Shown piece by piece: positions 9,297 through 19,592 of a DNA stretch of 64,000 nucleotides (within the stretch, counting starts at the first letter, position 1; each line of letters starts with the position of its first letter). The notes under the pieces were generated by a model. It ran no database searches. It saw nothing but the letters and a program-made list of their open reading frames with translations, and had not been told where the DNA came from. The position numbers and the translations under genes are program-made. This stretch comes from Thermoproteota archaeon (lineage in GTDB: Archaea; Korarchaeota; Korarchaeia; Korarchaeales; JAOZGB01), in contig JAVCBU010000011.1 of assembly GCA_037917685.1 (NCBI GenBank), forward strand, positions 64,001-128,000. Direction: 5' to 3'.

Positions 9297-10484
9297 CTAA
9301 CCAGAAAGATATAGTTTCCTCTTTCTTAGAAGGAGATAGAATAGTAACACGTAGACCGCGTATATAGCTGAGGTTGATAGGACCGGGAGATCCAGGTTTT
9401 TATCCATTAATATTCCTCCAAGCTGGCTTGAGATCGAGTTTGGCAGCCCCCAGCATATACTGTTAAACGCTGTTACAGTTGCTCTATCTTCAGGGTGGGA
9501 CAGGTTCATGTACAGAGTTTGCATCAGCGGTGTTACCATGTTCATCAATGCTGACCGGCATATGTAGAGTATAGAAGCTACAATAAAGCTCCCAGAGTAT
9601 GGTATTAATGCTAACAAAGGTACTGAGGCGGCCTGTGGGATAACCACGCCATTTATCATGCCGAATCTCCTTGATAATGGGATGGCTCCAAGATATAGAA
9701 AGGACCCTACGATGTTCACGATCATATACATGGTTCCTATGGGTCCTGATTCAACGTTAAACTTGACACTGAAGTAGTAACTAAACAGTGGAATACTCAG
9801 ACCAGCGCCAAATCCTACAAGAATGTTCAGAGTGAAAAGCCTCATTAGAACAGTGTTCCCACGTATCCTTTCAAATGCAATTCTGTGCTTGGGTTTACTT
9901 TCAATTTTCTCTTCGGTGATAGGGGCGATTAAGAGGATTGTTGAAAGCTGAATTAGGCCTGCAATTAGTATCATGAGGCGGTAGGCTTCGAAGTAGCTCC
10001 AACCGTTTTGGACAAGTTTTTCAGGTATCCAGCCTATTAGGCTTCCGGCGGCCATGCAGAAGCTCATGATGAACGAGGACATACTGTAGACCTTTTCCAT
10101 TTTTTCACCGGCCTTGTCTGCCACGAGTGCGTTGAAAGCTGGTTGTACAGACGCCCAGCTAAACCCTGAAAGTAATGCTGAAAGTATAAGGTACGGGATG
10201 CCTATGAAGACCACGACTAGAAAGGTTGAGCAGGCTGAAAATACTGCTCCTATGAGCAGAAACTCTTTTCTCCCTGTTCTGTCGGCCATGACGCCTGCCG
10301 GTATTACTAGGATTGTCATGACGAGGCCGTTTGCAAGGTTGTAAAGGCCTATTATCCCGCCTGTATACCCTGCGCTCTTAAGGTAGAGCTGCCATATCGA
10401 CATAAAAATTCCGAAGCTCAGGCCAAACACACCGCTGAACATGATAAGAGCCCATAGATCTCTACCGAAAGAGCCAAGGTTCAA
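9297..10484 (-). CDS. MFS transporter
   Basis: About 12 hydrophobic segments; motif A GVMADRTGRK. Confidence 0.92.
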   Translation of the reverse strand: MNLGSFGRDLWALIMFSGVFGLSFGIFMSIWQLYLKSAGYTGGIIGLYNLANGLVMTILVIPAGVMADRTGRKEFLLIGAVFSACSTFLVVVFIGIPYLILSALLSGFSWASVQPAFNALVADKAGEKMEKVYSMSSFIMSFCMAAGSLIGWIPEKLVQNGWSYFEAYRLMILIAGLIQLSTILLIAPITEEKIESKPKHRIAFERIRGNTVLMRLFTLNILVGFGAGLSIPLFSYYFSVKFNVESGPIGTMYMIVNIVGSFLYLGAIPLSRRFGMINGVVIPQAASVPLLALIPYSGSFIVASILYICRSALMNMVTPLMQTLYMNLSHPEDRATVTAFNSICWGLPNSISSQLGGILMDKNLDLPVLSTSAIYAVYVLLFYLLLRKRKLYLSG

Positions 10485-10541
10485 GGTTGAACACCATTTC
10501 TCCGTTAAATATCATACTGTGTGAAATAAAAGGTTATGCTG

Positions 10542-12002
10542 TCAGATCTTACGGCTATGCTCTGCTATTAATTCTGGAATTGTCCCAAGGATTGTATCCT
10601 GTCCTCTCAGGGTTCTAAGATAATGGGCTGCCTTTGCGGAGTTTGTTGCTGTAATCCTGTATCCAAGCCTTTCTACTGGTGAGACTACCATGCAAGTGTC
10701 GGCTATAAGCCTTGCTCCAGCCTCCTCTAAAATCTTTGTCCAACCGGCCTTGCGAGCATATGCTTTGTTCCTTCTAGATGTGAAAAGCCATAGGCTACAC
10801 TTCAGAATTCTTCCCCTTAGCTTCTCGACGATCGCCTTGATCTCCTCTATGGATAGGTGAGGACATCCAATTGCTATAAGGTCCGGCTTTTGACCTGTTG
10901 TTGTAAGTTTATTCCTCACATCGTTTAAATCTTCAAATGTAAATCTGACTGTTAGGTTTATTCCGCTTTCATCTATGCCCTTTAGTGCTTCGGGGGTTAC
11001 TCTGTCGACATGGTATAGTGGCATTTTGCCCGATGCTCCACCCCCAGCCCCTAGGGCTTTAAGCTGATCCCTACTAACATCCTTTACCCCTGTTATCAGT
11101 GGAATTTCACCATAATTCATGCCTATCCAGTATCCAAGCCAGCTGTACTGGTGTCCCACCAGAGGGGCCTCAACTTGTACCTTTATCCTTGGAGTCCTGT
11201 TCTCCTTGAGGTGGAGGCCGTAGAGCGGTGTCCCGCCCAGCATGGCTGAGGCGAGGGCTTTTAGGCCGCTCTCCCTGTTCGTCCTGGCACCTATCACAGA
11301 GTTTACATAGGCAACAGCTGAAGATTCAGCCCAGGAAACGTGCTGGCCGTAGAGGGGGCAGTTCTCAGCGTAGTAGGGGGTACAGGTGCAAGTTGTATTG
11401 ACACCCATCCTCCTGTAGGCGGAGACTATTCTCGCCTGCTTCTCCGCATAGTCATGGCTGAAACCTAGCTGATGCCAGTCTTCTAGGTCCAGGGAAACCG
11501 GGTTTAGGGTTGTTGGGACTCTCACCCTCCCGCCTTCATCCGCCAGTTCCTCCAGAAATTTCATGCCTGCATCTCCTATCAACTCGTATGAAGCTCCCGA
11601 GACATGGGCAGAGGCGATGGGGATCACCTCATCTGCACCTGAAACTCTGGCGTCTGCCTCGATGAAGTCTATTATACGATCAGGAACACCATTTAACATG
11701 ACGTTGTATCTTATTCTCTTGGGCTTTACCCCCTTTACCTTTACTGGTACGCCTGCGAGGATCGCTGCTTGTGTAATGGGGTCGGGTTTCCCAAGGATTA
11801 TCTCTGCTGGCAGGGTGCCATGCATTTTCATTTTGAAGAATGTGTACGATCCTACTGTTGATCCTATAGAGTACGGCATTTCAAGTATTTTGCCTTTGAT
11901 GCTTTCCCCATGGAGGTCATGTCCTTCCTGGGTTATGATACCTGTCTCTGGGTCTATACCGTCTAGCCATGATATTGGCTTCTCAGCCTTGATCCTATCC
12001 AC
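10542..12002 (-). CDS. Fused aconitase X (DUF126 swivel + DUF521 catalytic), likely phosphomevalonate dehydratase
   Basis: N-term GIDPETG...GSTVGSY (small-subunit motif); C-term AHVSGASY, TTLNP, CTCTPY, WAESSA, GARTNRE, GCPH, DTCMVV, TNSAKAAHY. Confidence 0.88.
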   Translation of the reverse strand: MDRIKAEKPISWLDGIDPETGIITQEGHDLHGESIKGKILEMPYSIGSTVGSYTFFKMKMHGTLPAEIILGKPDPITQAAILAGVPVKVKGVKPKRIRYNVMLNGVPDRIIDFIEADARVSGADEVIPIASAHVSGASYELIGDAGMKFLEELADEGGRVRVPTTLNPVSLDLEDWHQLGFSHDYAEKQARIVSAYRRMGVNTTCTCTPYYAENCPLYGQHVSWAESSAVAYVNSVIGARTNRESGLKALASAMLGGTPLYGLHLKENRTPRIKVQVEAPLVGHQYSWLGYWIGMNYGEIPLITGVKDVSRDQLKALGAGGGASGKMPLYHVDRVTPEALKGIDESGINLTVRFTFEDLNDVRNKLTTTGQKPDLIAIGCPHLSIEEIKAIVEKLRGRILKCSLWLFTSRRNKAYARKAGWTKILEEAGARLIADTCMVVSPVERLGYRITATNSAKAAHYLRTLRGQDTILGTIPELIAEHSRKI

Positions 12003-12041
12003 AGCTATTCTTCACCGTTGAAAACTATTAAACTCATAAGT

Positions 12042-13475
12042 CTATAGAACCGTCTTTATCGTGCTTTGAGGGTAGCCGCGGCTTGTATCCGTATATATCG
12101 CGCAGACAGGTGTGTAGGGTATAACACCGTAAAACAGGACTACACCGTGCATCTTAAAGAATTTAAGATGCTTGTCCGCAAGGTGAAGGACGATCCTAGG
12201 TATTTTCTGACCAGTCTTGTATGATAGAAACACAATCATGCCTGTGGATCTGGCGAACACTGCAAGATTGTTTAGAAGTTCAAGAGTTTTTTCAGGACCA
12301 ACATACAATTCTAAGGTGTCAGCTCCTATAAATACAATTACTAATCCGTCCGTGGACTTTTCTATAAGTTTTCCAGCTGATGATAGGATCTGCTCCGTCA
12401 CCTTATCCGGGTCTGAGGTATCCATGTGAACTACGAAGTTTTCATCTGTAACCCTTAGGGTCTTATGGCTGTGTAGGAAGAGGACCCTACCCCCCATTTC
12501 CCTTTCTACATGGCCTACAAGGAAGTTTTCAGCAAGCTTGTAGCCGCTGTCCCCTCCTGATGGTATACCCATGAAGCATCTTCCATAGTTTAGGTTTCCC
12601 TGAAGCATGGGCACTAGAAGAGAAAAGTATCCTCTCCCCACACCCTTACCGACCTCGATTATATTTATGCTTCCTTTAGTCCATCCGCCGATCGCCTTGT
12701 CCAGCTCTACTATTCCCGTTGATATGTGATCCTCTGAAACATCCTTCTTGAACGGTGTTTTAGCCCTTTTCTCTTTTTCTAATACGCCGAATTCCCACTC
12801 CTTTAGATAGAAGAATCTCCCCCCGTCAAGGGTATATAGATACCTATGCTTTCTAATCGGTACACCTCTTAGCTTCTGAATCTCCATTACACGGATTCTA
12901 CGACCCTCGACATTCTTCCCGTATAGAGATACAACTCCGTCGGCCACGTAGTCTAGTTTTTCCTCTTTAGTGCTTTCACTCACGTAGATTACTATGCTTC
13001 CAGACTTTTCAGCCCAGCTTGAAATTTCGAGAAGCAGTTCCTGTCTGAGTTCAGGGGGATGTTGATCTATAAATGCCTGCCAGCTGTCAAAAACAACTAT
13101 CGGCCTCTCAACCATCCTTAAAAGTTTTATTAGATAGTTTAGACTTCTTTTTGCCTTAGAAAGCTCCACTATGGGTAGAAGGAAAGGCTTCTCCTCCTCA
13201 AGCTCCTCTGAGAGTCTTGGGATGTCCTCTATAGATATTGCCTTCACCGTTGAAGCGAGGTGTGGATGAAACCTAAGGAGGCTTTCAACCTGCAATCTCG
13301 TAGTTATATATATCCCTTTACACTCGCTTCGGAGAAAGTTAAGGATCTCGAGCGATAGACAAGTCTTACCAACGCCTGGACCACCCTTTATGAGCAGCCG
13401 TCCCCTACCCTCCTCAAGGAACCTTCTAAGTTCGGGGGGAATCAAAATCATCCGTCTATCAATAATGGTTTCCAA
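12042..13475 (-). CDS. GvpD/KaiC-like RecA-superfamily ATPase (duplicated domain, second degenerate)
   Basis: IPPEL..FL, KGGPGVGKT, VVFDSW, LDYVADGV, IQKLRG; second domain starts STGIVELD. Confidence 0.85.
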   Translation of the reverse strand: METIIDRRMILIPPELRRFLEEGRGRLLIKGGPGVGKTCLSLEILNFLRSECKGIYITTRLQVESLLRFHPHLASTVKAISIEDIPRLSEELEEEKPFLLPIVELSKAKRSLNYLIKLLRMVERPIVVFDSWQAFIDQHPPELRQELLLEISSWAEKSGSIVIYVSESTKEEKLDYVADGVVSLYGKNVEGRRIRVMEIQKLRGVPIRKHRYLYTLDGGRFFYLKEWEFGVLEKEKRAKTPFKKDVSEDHISTGIVELDKAIGGWTKGSINIIEVGKGVGRGYFSLLVPMLQGNLNYGRCFMGIPSGGDSGYKLAENFLVGHVEREMGGRVLFLHSHKTLRVTDENFVVHMDTSDPDKVTEQILSSAGKLIEKSTDGLVIVFIGADTLELYVGPEKTLELLNNLAVFARSTGMIVFLSYKTGQKIPRIVLHLADKHLKFFKMHGVVLFYGVIPYTPVCAIYTDTSRGYPQSTIKTVL

Positions 13476-13507
13476 TTTTAAACCTTAATGCTACAGTAGA
13501 GATTTGA

Positions 13508-15091
13508 TTAGTCTATACACATAAATCTCAGAAGGAAAGCTGAAAAGATGGCTGAAAAAGCCGATGCTCCTATAAACAGTAGTATTGGGGTCAAACTGGC
13601 TATATCTAGGGCTCTAAGCAAGATGTAGGGTAGAATTGTTAGGCTTCCAACGGTTAGCCCAGCCATGCTAGCAGCAAGGGTAGCAATAACGTCTTTGAAT
13701 GGATTATAGGATATGATCAGCTTGCCCCTGGTAAGCCTTAATATTACACACATCTCAACGGTTGAGACCGCAAAACACGTGAGAATCCCAATGAGTGGCA
13801 CAAAGTTGTCAGCCCATAAACCATGGGTGTAGGATAGGTAGAGGGGGATGAACACCGCTATTGGGACTGCAGAGGCTGTTGAAAAGAGGGCTTTAGAGAG
13901 GACTATTTTTCTCCAGCTTATTGGAAGCATTAATAATGGTCGAGGGTTCACTAGGTCTAGACTTAGCAGATAGAGGCCATTTGCAGCTGCTGAGAAGATC
14001 AGCAGCCCTGTGACAGCAGCGATTTTCAAAGGGGATGGTTTCCCTGAGAGGGTAGGGAGCATTATGATAAACATGTATATTGGGACTGCAAATATGTATG
14101 CATGACTTGGACTTCGGGAGGCCACTCGGAAATCCTTCTTTATAACCCCGAGAGTTGCACCCGTCACGTTAATAGACAGCTGAAGCGGCTCCACACGGCC
14201 CCCTATAAGCCCTCGCATACCAGGTTTTGAAATTATATTTACAGCTTTAACCCCGGCAAGCAACCCTAGCAGGAGATGCAATACGGATAGTAGAAGTATA
14301 GAAATGCTAACCTCGAATTCCCCGGCGTAATGTAAAGCGATTAGCATAAACTGGTAGGGGAAAATTAGACCTATAAGCTCATGTGCTGCTGTAGCATGCG
14401 ATGATACATAGCTCATTATCCAGGCAACCAGGTTTCCTATCCAGCCTAGAGACATTACAGCAAGCCCCCATAAGACAACTGTGAGAAACCTTAATAATGA
14501 CCTGGAGAGAGACCTTTCAACGCCGAAAATAAACCTGTAAAAGAGTGATGAAAGATAGATGGAAGCAGCCATTGAAAATATGAGTGTGAGAAGAGAAGCT
14601 GTAAGAACAGGGAGGGCGGCTTTTACACCCCACTTAAGCCCTGAGGCAAGAGTAGGAATCCCCACCAGTACAATAGAAGGAGCGTCGATGAACCTGATGA
14701 AGATCAAGGCTGAAACGATTTTAAGCTCCTTTGCCGACAACGGCAGGACAGTTAGGGTCTTAAAAGCCTTACCTGAAAGAAAACTGGCTACAGTGGGCAG
14801 GTTGTAGAGAATAATAATGAACATTGAGAGAAGAAGAGAGGTTCCAAGGGTAACAGATTCTTCAAAGGGGTTATCATTCGCTACTCCGAAGGTTAAACCG
14901 GTAATGAATATTATCACCACTGAGAGTATAAGCTTGTTTAAAGCGTTCTGCCACCTTATCGACCTCCTCAGTTTTCTGATCCTCTCCTCTGTGTATGCAC
15001 CGGCATGCCTGTATAACAAGAGGGCCTGAAAGTTAACCTCTTGGTAGGCTGTTCTAGATATGCTGAAAAGTCTTCTAATATTCATATTCAT
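13508..15091 (-). CDS. ABC-2 type exporter permease
   Basis: Many TM segments; overlaps upstream ABC ATPase by 4 bp. Confidence 0.75.
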   Translation of the reverse strand: MNMNIRRLFSISRTAYQEVNFQALLLYRHAGAYTEERIRKLRRSIRWQNALNKLILSVVIIFITGLTFGVANDNPFEESVTLGTSLLLSMFIIILYNLPTVASFLSGKAFKTLTVLPLSAKELKIVSALIFIRFIDAPSIVLVGIPTLASGLKWGVKAALPVLTASLLTLIFSMAASIYLSSLFYRFIFGVERSLSRSLLRFLTVVLWGLAVMSLGWIGNLVAWIMSYVSSHATAAHELIGLIFPYQFMLIALHYAGEFEVSISILLLSVLHLLLGLLAGVKAVNIISKPGMRGLIGGRVEPLQLSINVTGATLGVIKKDFRVASRSPSHAYIFAVPIYMFIIMLPTLSGKPSPLKIAAVTGLLIFSAAANGLYLLSLDLVNPRPLLMLPISWRKIVLSKALFSTASAVPIAVFIPLYLSYTHGLWADNFVPLIGILTCFAVSTVEMCVILRLTRGKLIISYNPFKDVIATLAASMAGLTVGSLTILPYILLRALDIASLTPILLFIGASAFSAIFSAFLLRFMCID

Positions 15092-15858
15092 AGGGACTCC
15101 TCCAGCCCAGCTATTATCCTTGAAACCTCTTCCTCCTCACCGGTTACTTTCAGAAATATCTCCTCAAGGTCGGAAGCCTTAACCATGCTTGTAAGCTCTT
15201 CCACACTCCCTTCAGCGACAAGCCTGCCTCTATGTATTATTCCAACCTTTGTGCATATCTTCTCCGCAACCTCCATGATATGCGTTGAAAATAGAACTGA
15301 CCCACCATTCCTTACATGTTCTCTAATTATCCCCTTCAATATGGCTACTGTCCTCGCATCAAGACCAATAAATGGCTCGTCTAGCACTAACAGGCGAGGG
15401 CTGTGGATCAACGGTGAAATTATACTAACTTTCTGCCTGGTTCCCATCGACAATGATATGATGGGACTATCAAAGTATTTTTGAAGATCAAAAGCTTCAA
15501 CCAGAAGTTTAACCCTCTGCCGGGTGAGATTCCTGTCTAAACCTCTAACGGAGGCTATAAACTCGAAGAACTCCCTAGGGGTGAGTGACTCATATAAGGC
15601 CTGCTCCTCTGGTACATAGCCAATGATGCTCTTAACTTTTTGGCCGTCACTGGCAGGGTCAAGGCCGTAAACCTGGACGAGGCCGTCGTCTCTATCCAAA
15701 ATCCCGGAGACGATGTTGAGAGTTGTCGTCTTTCCAGCCCCATTCGGCCCCAGTAACCCGTAAACTGTAGCTTCTTCAACCATAAATGTTAAGCCATCTA
15801 AAGCTCTGACATTACCGTAGCTTTTGTAGAGCTTTTCAACAATCAACGGCTTAAGCAC
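15088..15858 (-). CDS. ABC transporter ATP-binding protein
   Basis: GPNGAGKT, LSMG signature, LDEP, STH. Confidence 0.95.
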   Translation of the reverse strand: MLKPLIVEKLYKSYGNVRALDGLTFMVEEATVYGLLGPNGAGKTTTLNIVSGILDRDDGLVQVYGLDPASDGQKVKSIIGYVPEEQALYESLTPREFFEFIASVRGLDRNLTRQRVKLLVEAFDLQKYFDSPIISLSMGTRQKVSIISPLIHSPRLLVLDEPFIGLDARTVAILKGIIREHVRNGGSVLFSTHIMEVAEKICTKVGIIHRGRLVAEGSVEELTSMVKASDLEEIFLKVTGEEEEVSRIIAGLEESL

Positions 15859-15911
15859 AATTATATGCTCACATTAATAATTAATAATAGGGTATGATTT
15901 TAGCATAATGC

Positions 15912-16712
15912 ATGATGCCAAGAGCTAAGCTTTTACATCTACTTAACGACGCATACGAAACTTTTCTAGGCGAGAATCAGTTGTTGAAGGTAGAGTCTGA
16001 CAGGGTTGCTTTTGTTGGCGATACCCATGGAGACTTCGAATCAACCAGATCTGTGGTTTCAAAGGAGCTTGGAAAGTCAGTTATGGTTTTCCTGGGAGAC
16101 TACGTAGACCGGGGGCCCCAACAGTTGGAGAACATAGTTTATCTCCTCGAGCTTAAGCTTGAAAACCCGGACAAGATCATTCTCCTCAGGGGGAACCATG
16201 AGACCCCTCTTGCCAACAGGTTCTATGGCTTTGAATCGATTGTTGTGAGAATGTATGACTTAAAGATTTACAAGAGGTTTACCGAGGTATTTTCCGTGAT
16301 GCCTTATGCTGCGCTTGCAGGTAGTGTTCTAGCATTGCATGGGGGAATTGCTAGAAGGCTTGGAAGCCTTGACGATATCAGGAATTTAAGGAAGGGGATA
16401 GTGGAGCCATACAGGGAGAGCAGTTTAGCGCTTGAAATTCTCTGGAACGACCCCTCCGAGGATGTTGAGTGGTTTGGGCCGAGTATAAGGGGTGAGGGGA
16501 TCTATGTTTTCGGGCCTAAAGCATATGAATCTTTTTCAAGGTCCAACAATATAGATTTTATGATAAGAGCGCACCAGGTTTTTGCTAAGGGATACAACTG
16601 GTACTTTAACAGGAGAGTACTCAGCATTTTCTCAGCAAGGCATTACGGATTTAAGATAGATGCTAAATACGCCATCCTTGAGGGGGGCATGTTGAGAGTG
16701 GAGAGGGTCTAG
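15912..16712 (+). CDS. PPP-family serine/threonine protein phosphatase
   Basis: GDTHG, GDYVDRG, RGNHE, HGG, LWNDP, RAHQ, FSA. Confidence 0.92.
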   Translation: MMPRAKLLHLLNDAYETFLGENQLLKVESDRVAFVGDTHGDFESTRSVVSKELGKSVMVFLGDYVDRGPQQLENIVYLLELKLENPDKIILLRGNHETPLANRFYGFESIVVRMYDLKIYKRFTEVFSVMPYAALAGSVLALHGGIARRLGSLDDIRNLRKGIVEPYRESSLALEILWNDPSEDVEWFGPSIRGEGIYVFGPKAYESFSRSNNIDFMIRAHQVFAKGYNWYFNRRVLSIFSARHYGFKIDAKYAILEGGMLRVERV

Positions 16713-16795
16713 GACCGTTTAGTTTAGCGGTGCCAAGAGTCGCCAAAGTCATTTGAAACTCAACAATTTTAAGTGTTCTTTGGGAAGAGCATGCA

Positions 16796-17704
16796 ATGGC
16801 TAAGGTTGAGCATGTAGACGTGTGGCCAGGGATCTCTGTTAAAGAGTTGGTGGAACAGTTTTCCAGGGGAGGCTTTCAGGCGTACAGGCTTTGGAAGGCT
16901 TGCCAGATTTTCAGGGAAATGGTGGAGGACAAGGAATGTACAAGGTTTCTCGGTCTTGCAGGGGCGCTGATCCCTGGTGGGATGCGTAGGGTTATTGTCA
17001 AAATGATTAGGAAACACATGGTTGATGTTATTGTGTCGACGGGTGGGATACTAACCCACGACCTGATAGAAGCAGCAGGAGTACAGCACGTACACGCGCC
17101 GGAGAGATACAACGATGTAGAGCTAAGGAGTAAAATGCTTAACAGAATCTACAATGTTCTACTCCCTAACGAGGGATACGTTAAGCTTGAAAAGATGCTT
17201 GCAACAATCCTGGAAAAGCTTCCTCAGAAAACCATGAGCAGCAGGGAGTTCCTTGAACACCTTGGCCATCGCTTGGAGGATAGGGAGTCTATCTTAAGGG
17301 CTGCCTATGAGGAGAATGTAAAGATATTCTGTCCTGCTATAGCGGATTCCGTTCTCGGCTTCCATGTATGGATGAACACCCAGTTTTTAAAGCTCAGGGT
17401 GAACCCAATATTGGATCAGAGGGAAATGACAGGGATCGCCTATGAATCAAAGAAGTGCGGGGCGCTATTCGTCGGTGGTGGGACCCCTAAGCATTACATA
17501 GCACTTGCAATGCAGTTTTCACCCAGAAGCCTCGAATACGCGATTCAAATAACGATGGATAGGCCTGAACATGGCGGAGTATCTGGAGCTACCCTCTCGG
17601 AGGCTAAGTCATGGGGGAAAGTTGCGGAGAAAGCCAAAACAGCAGAGGTGATATGTGACGCCACCATAGCATTACCGATCATGGTAGCCTCAACCCTATC
17701 GTAA
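16796..17704 (+). CDS. dys: Deoxyhypusine synthase
   Basis: GGFQA, STGG..THD, PAIADS, GGGTPKH, GGVSGA..SEAKSWGK (active Lys), DATI. Confidence 0.93.
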   Translation: MAKVEHVDVWPGISVKELVEQFSRGGFQAYRLWKACQIFREMVEDKECTRFLGLAGALIPGGMRRVIVKMIRKHMVDVIVSTGGILTHDLIEAAGVQHVHAPERYNDVELRSKMLNRIYNVLLPNEGYVKLEKMLATILEKLPQKTMSSREFLEHLGHRLEDRESILRAAYEENVKIFCPAIADSVLGFHVWMNTQFLKLRVNPILDQREMTGIAYESKKCGALFVGGGTPKHYIALAMQFSPRSLEYAIQITMDRPEHGGVSGATLSEAKSWGKVAEKAKTAEVICDATIALPIMVASTLS

Positions 17705-17823
17705 ATCGGTATATGAGCATGGATACGTCGCCTCAGCTGTAACTATTCTTTTCGTATTTCTATCTACCGGTCACTATGAACTTTCAACATCAAAAATTTA
17801 ACTTTGGATGGTGTAAAAGTGGT

Positions 17824-18489
17824 ATGGTTGAGAAAATAAATGTAAACATCACTGTCGAAGAAGTGAATAAAAAGCTTCTAGAACAAAACGATAGGGTTGC
17901 CGGGGCTATAAGGAGGATGCTGGAAGAGAAGGGCATCAGAGCCATCGAGTTCCTCGGGGGACCGGGATCCGGAAAGACAAGCCTCATAGAGAGACTCTCA
18001 TTGTTAATAGGCCCGGATAAAGTCGCCTATATAGGGGGAGATGTCGCAACGAGTTTTGATACTGAGAGGGTTAGTAAAATAGGCGTACGTGCGGTCCAGA
18101 TAAATACCGGTGGAATATGCCATCTTGAAGCTTTACATGTCGAAAAAGCCCTTAAAATTTTGAACCTTGAAGGAGTAAGGTATCTATTCATAGAGAATGT
18201 AGGCAACTTGATATGCCCCTTTGAGTTTAACATCGGCTCACATGTTAGGGTTCTGGTGGTCTCAGCTGGTGAAGGTGAGGATAAATTCTTAAAACACCCA
18301 ATGTCTGTAGCCCTTTCAAACGTGATAGTTGTAAACAAGGCTGACCTGGCACCCCACGTTGGCGTTGACGTTGAGAAAATGGTCAGAGACGCACTGAAAA
18401 TAAACGGGCGGGCCAAGGTTGTAGTTACAAGCGCGAAAACCGGGGAGGGAATTAAAGAACTTGCAGAAGCTTTAATGTTAGAAGCATAA
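17824..18489 (+). CDS. hypB: Hydrogenase nickel-incorporation GTPase HypB
   Basis: GPGSGKT, TGGICHL, ENVGNLICP, EGEDK..KHP, NKAD, SAKTG; ATG at 17824 preferred. Confidence 0.92.
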   Translation: MVEKINVNITVEEVNKKLLEQNDRVAGAIRRMLEEKGIRAIEFLGGPGSGKTSLIERLSLLIGPDKVAYIGGDVATSFDTERVSKIGVRAVQINTGGICHLEALHVEKALKILNLEGVRYLFIENVGNLICPFEFNIGSHVRVLVVSAGEGEDKFLKHPMSVALSNVIVVNKADLAPHVGVDVEKMVRDALKINGRAKVVVTSAKTGEGIKELAEALMLEA

Positions 18490-18694
18490 AGGGTATAGAA
18501 CTATCATTACCATGTAGGAAGGACAAGTATGGTAGGATGGGCAAGTGAGTTTAAAACTTTGAACCCGCACTAAACCAATAGATAATGACGTGTAAGCCTG
18601 AAATTGGTTAATTCAGGGGCCGCAGTCTTCTCTGAAGCCTTTATCTTGTAGGACAATATTTTAAGAAAGGCCAGAGTTAGAGTCTCAGGTTAAA

Positions 18695-19534
18695 ATGGCC
18701 GACGTTAAGACACGAACTAGTAAGCCTTTAGATCCTGAGGTGGAAGCTATAAAGGAGAAGCTTAAAGGTGTTAAGAGAAAGATAATCGTTTTAAGCGGGA
18801 AAGGAGGGGTTGGAAAATCTACTGTAACAGCTAACCTTGCAGCTGCCTTTGCTAAAAGGAAGCCTAACAGTGTGGGTGTTTTTGACTACGACTTCCATGG
18901 ACCAGCGATCCCCAGGATGCTGGGGGTAAGAGACATGCAGCTTAAAGTCTTCCCTCTAGGCATATTCCCCGTTACTGGCGTATTAGGGATCAAGGTGATC
19001 AGTATGGCTCTACTTCTGCCAGATGATAAGACCCCCGTTATATGGCGTGGCCCTTTGAAGCACAAGGCCTTGAGAGAGTTTATGGCTAATGTTATGTGGG
19101 GAAACCTTGACTGGCTGTTCTTCGATCTCCCACCAGGAACCGGAGACGAAGCGTTGAACATCGCCCAGAACGTTCCTGGAATAGACGGAGCCATAGTTGT
19201 CACAATACCTTCTGAGGTTTCAAGAGTCGCTGTTGAAAAGTCGGCGGAGTTCTGCAAGAAGCTTGACATCAAGCTGCTAGGTGTTATTGAGAACATGAGC
19301 TACCTTGTCTGCCCCAAGTGCGGGTTTAGGATTGAAGTGTTCGGACGGGGTGCGGGTGAGAAGATAGTCGCTGAGGAGAACATACCACTCCTGGGCAGGA
19401 TACCCCTGGATCCACAGCTGGCGAGAGCCATGGACATAGGGGAACCCATAGTTATGAGCCGGCCGGGGTCTGAAGTTTCAAGGGCTTTTAATGAAATCGC
19501 GGACAGAATAGAAAAAGAAATAGCAGTAAAATAA
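18695..19534 (+). CDS. Mrp/NBP35 (ApbC) Fe-S cluster carrier ATPase
   Basis: SGKGGVGKS, WRGP, DLPPGTGD, ENMS..CPKC. Confidence 0.93.
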   Translation: MADVKTRTSKPLDPEVEAIKEKLKGVKRKIIVLSGKGGVGKSTVTANLAAAFAKRKPNSVGVFDYDFHGPAIPRMLGVRDMQLKVFPLGIFPVTGVLGIKVISMALLLPDDKTPVIWRGPLKHKALREFMANVMWGNLDWLFFDLPPGTGDEALNIAQNVPGIDGAIVVTIPSEVSRVAVEKSAEFCKKLDIKLLGVIENMSYLVCPKCGFRIEVFGRGAGEKIVAEENIPLLGRIPLDPQLARAMDIGEPIVMSRPGSEVSRAFNEIADRIEKEIAVK

Positions 19535-19592
19535 AATGTTATTTCAGCTTTATTCATTAACTATTTAAATATTAAAGCAATAGTTTTGAATA

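Noticed and set aside
6541-18504. Shared 13-mer ggtatagaactat at 6541-6553 and 18492-18504
   Set aside because: A 13-bp match is expected by chance in 64 kb and no element structure surrounds it
18585-18636. Possible C/D box sRNA (two CTGA boxes)
   Set aside because: No convincing C or C' box and the guide spacing is wrong
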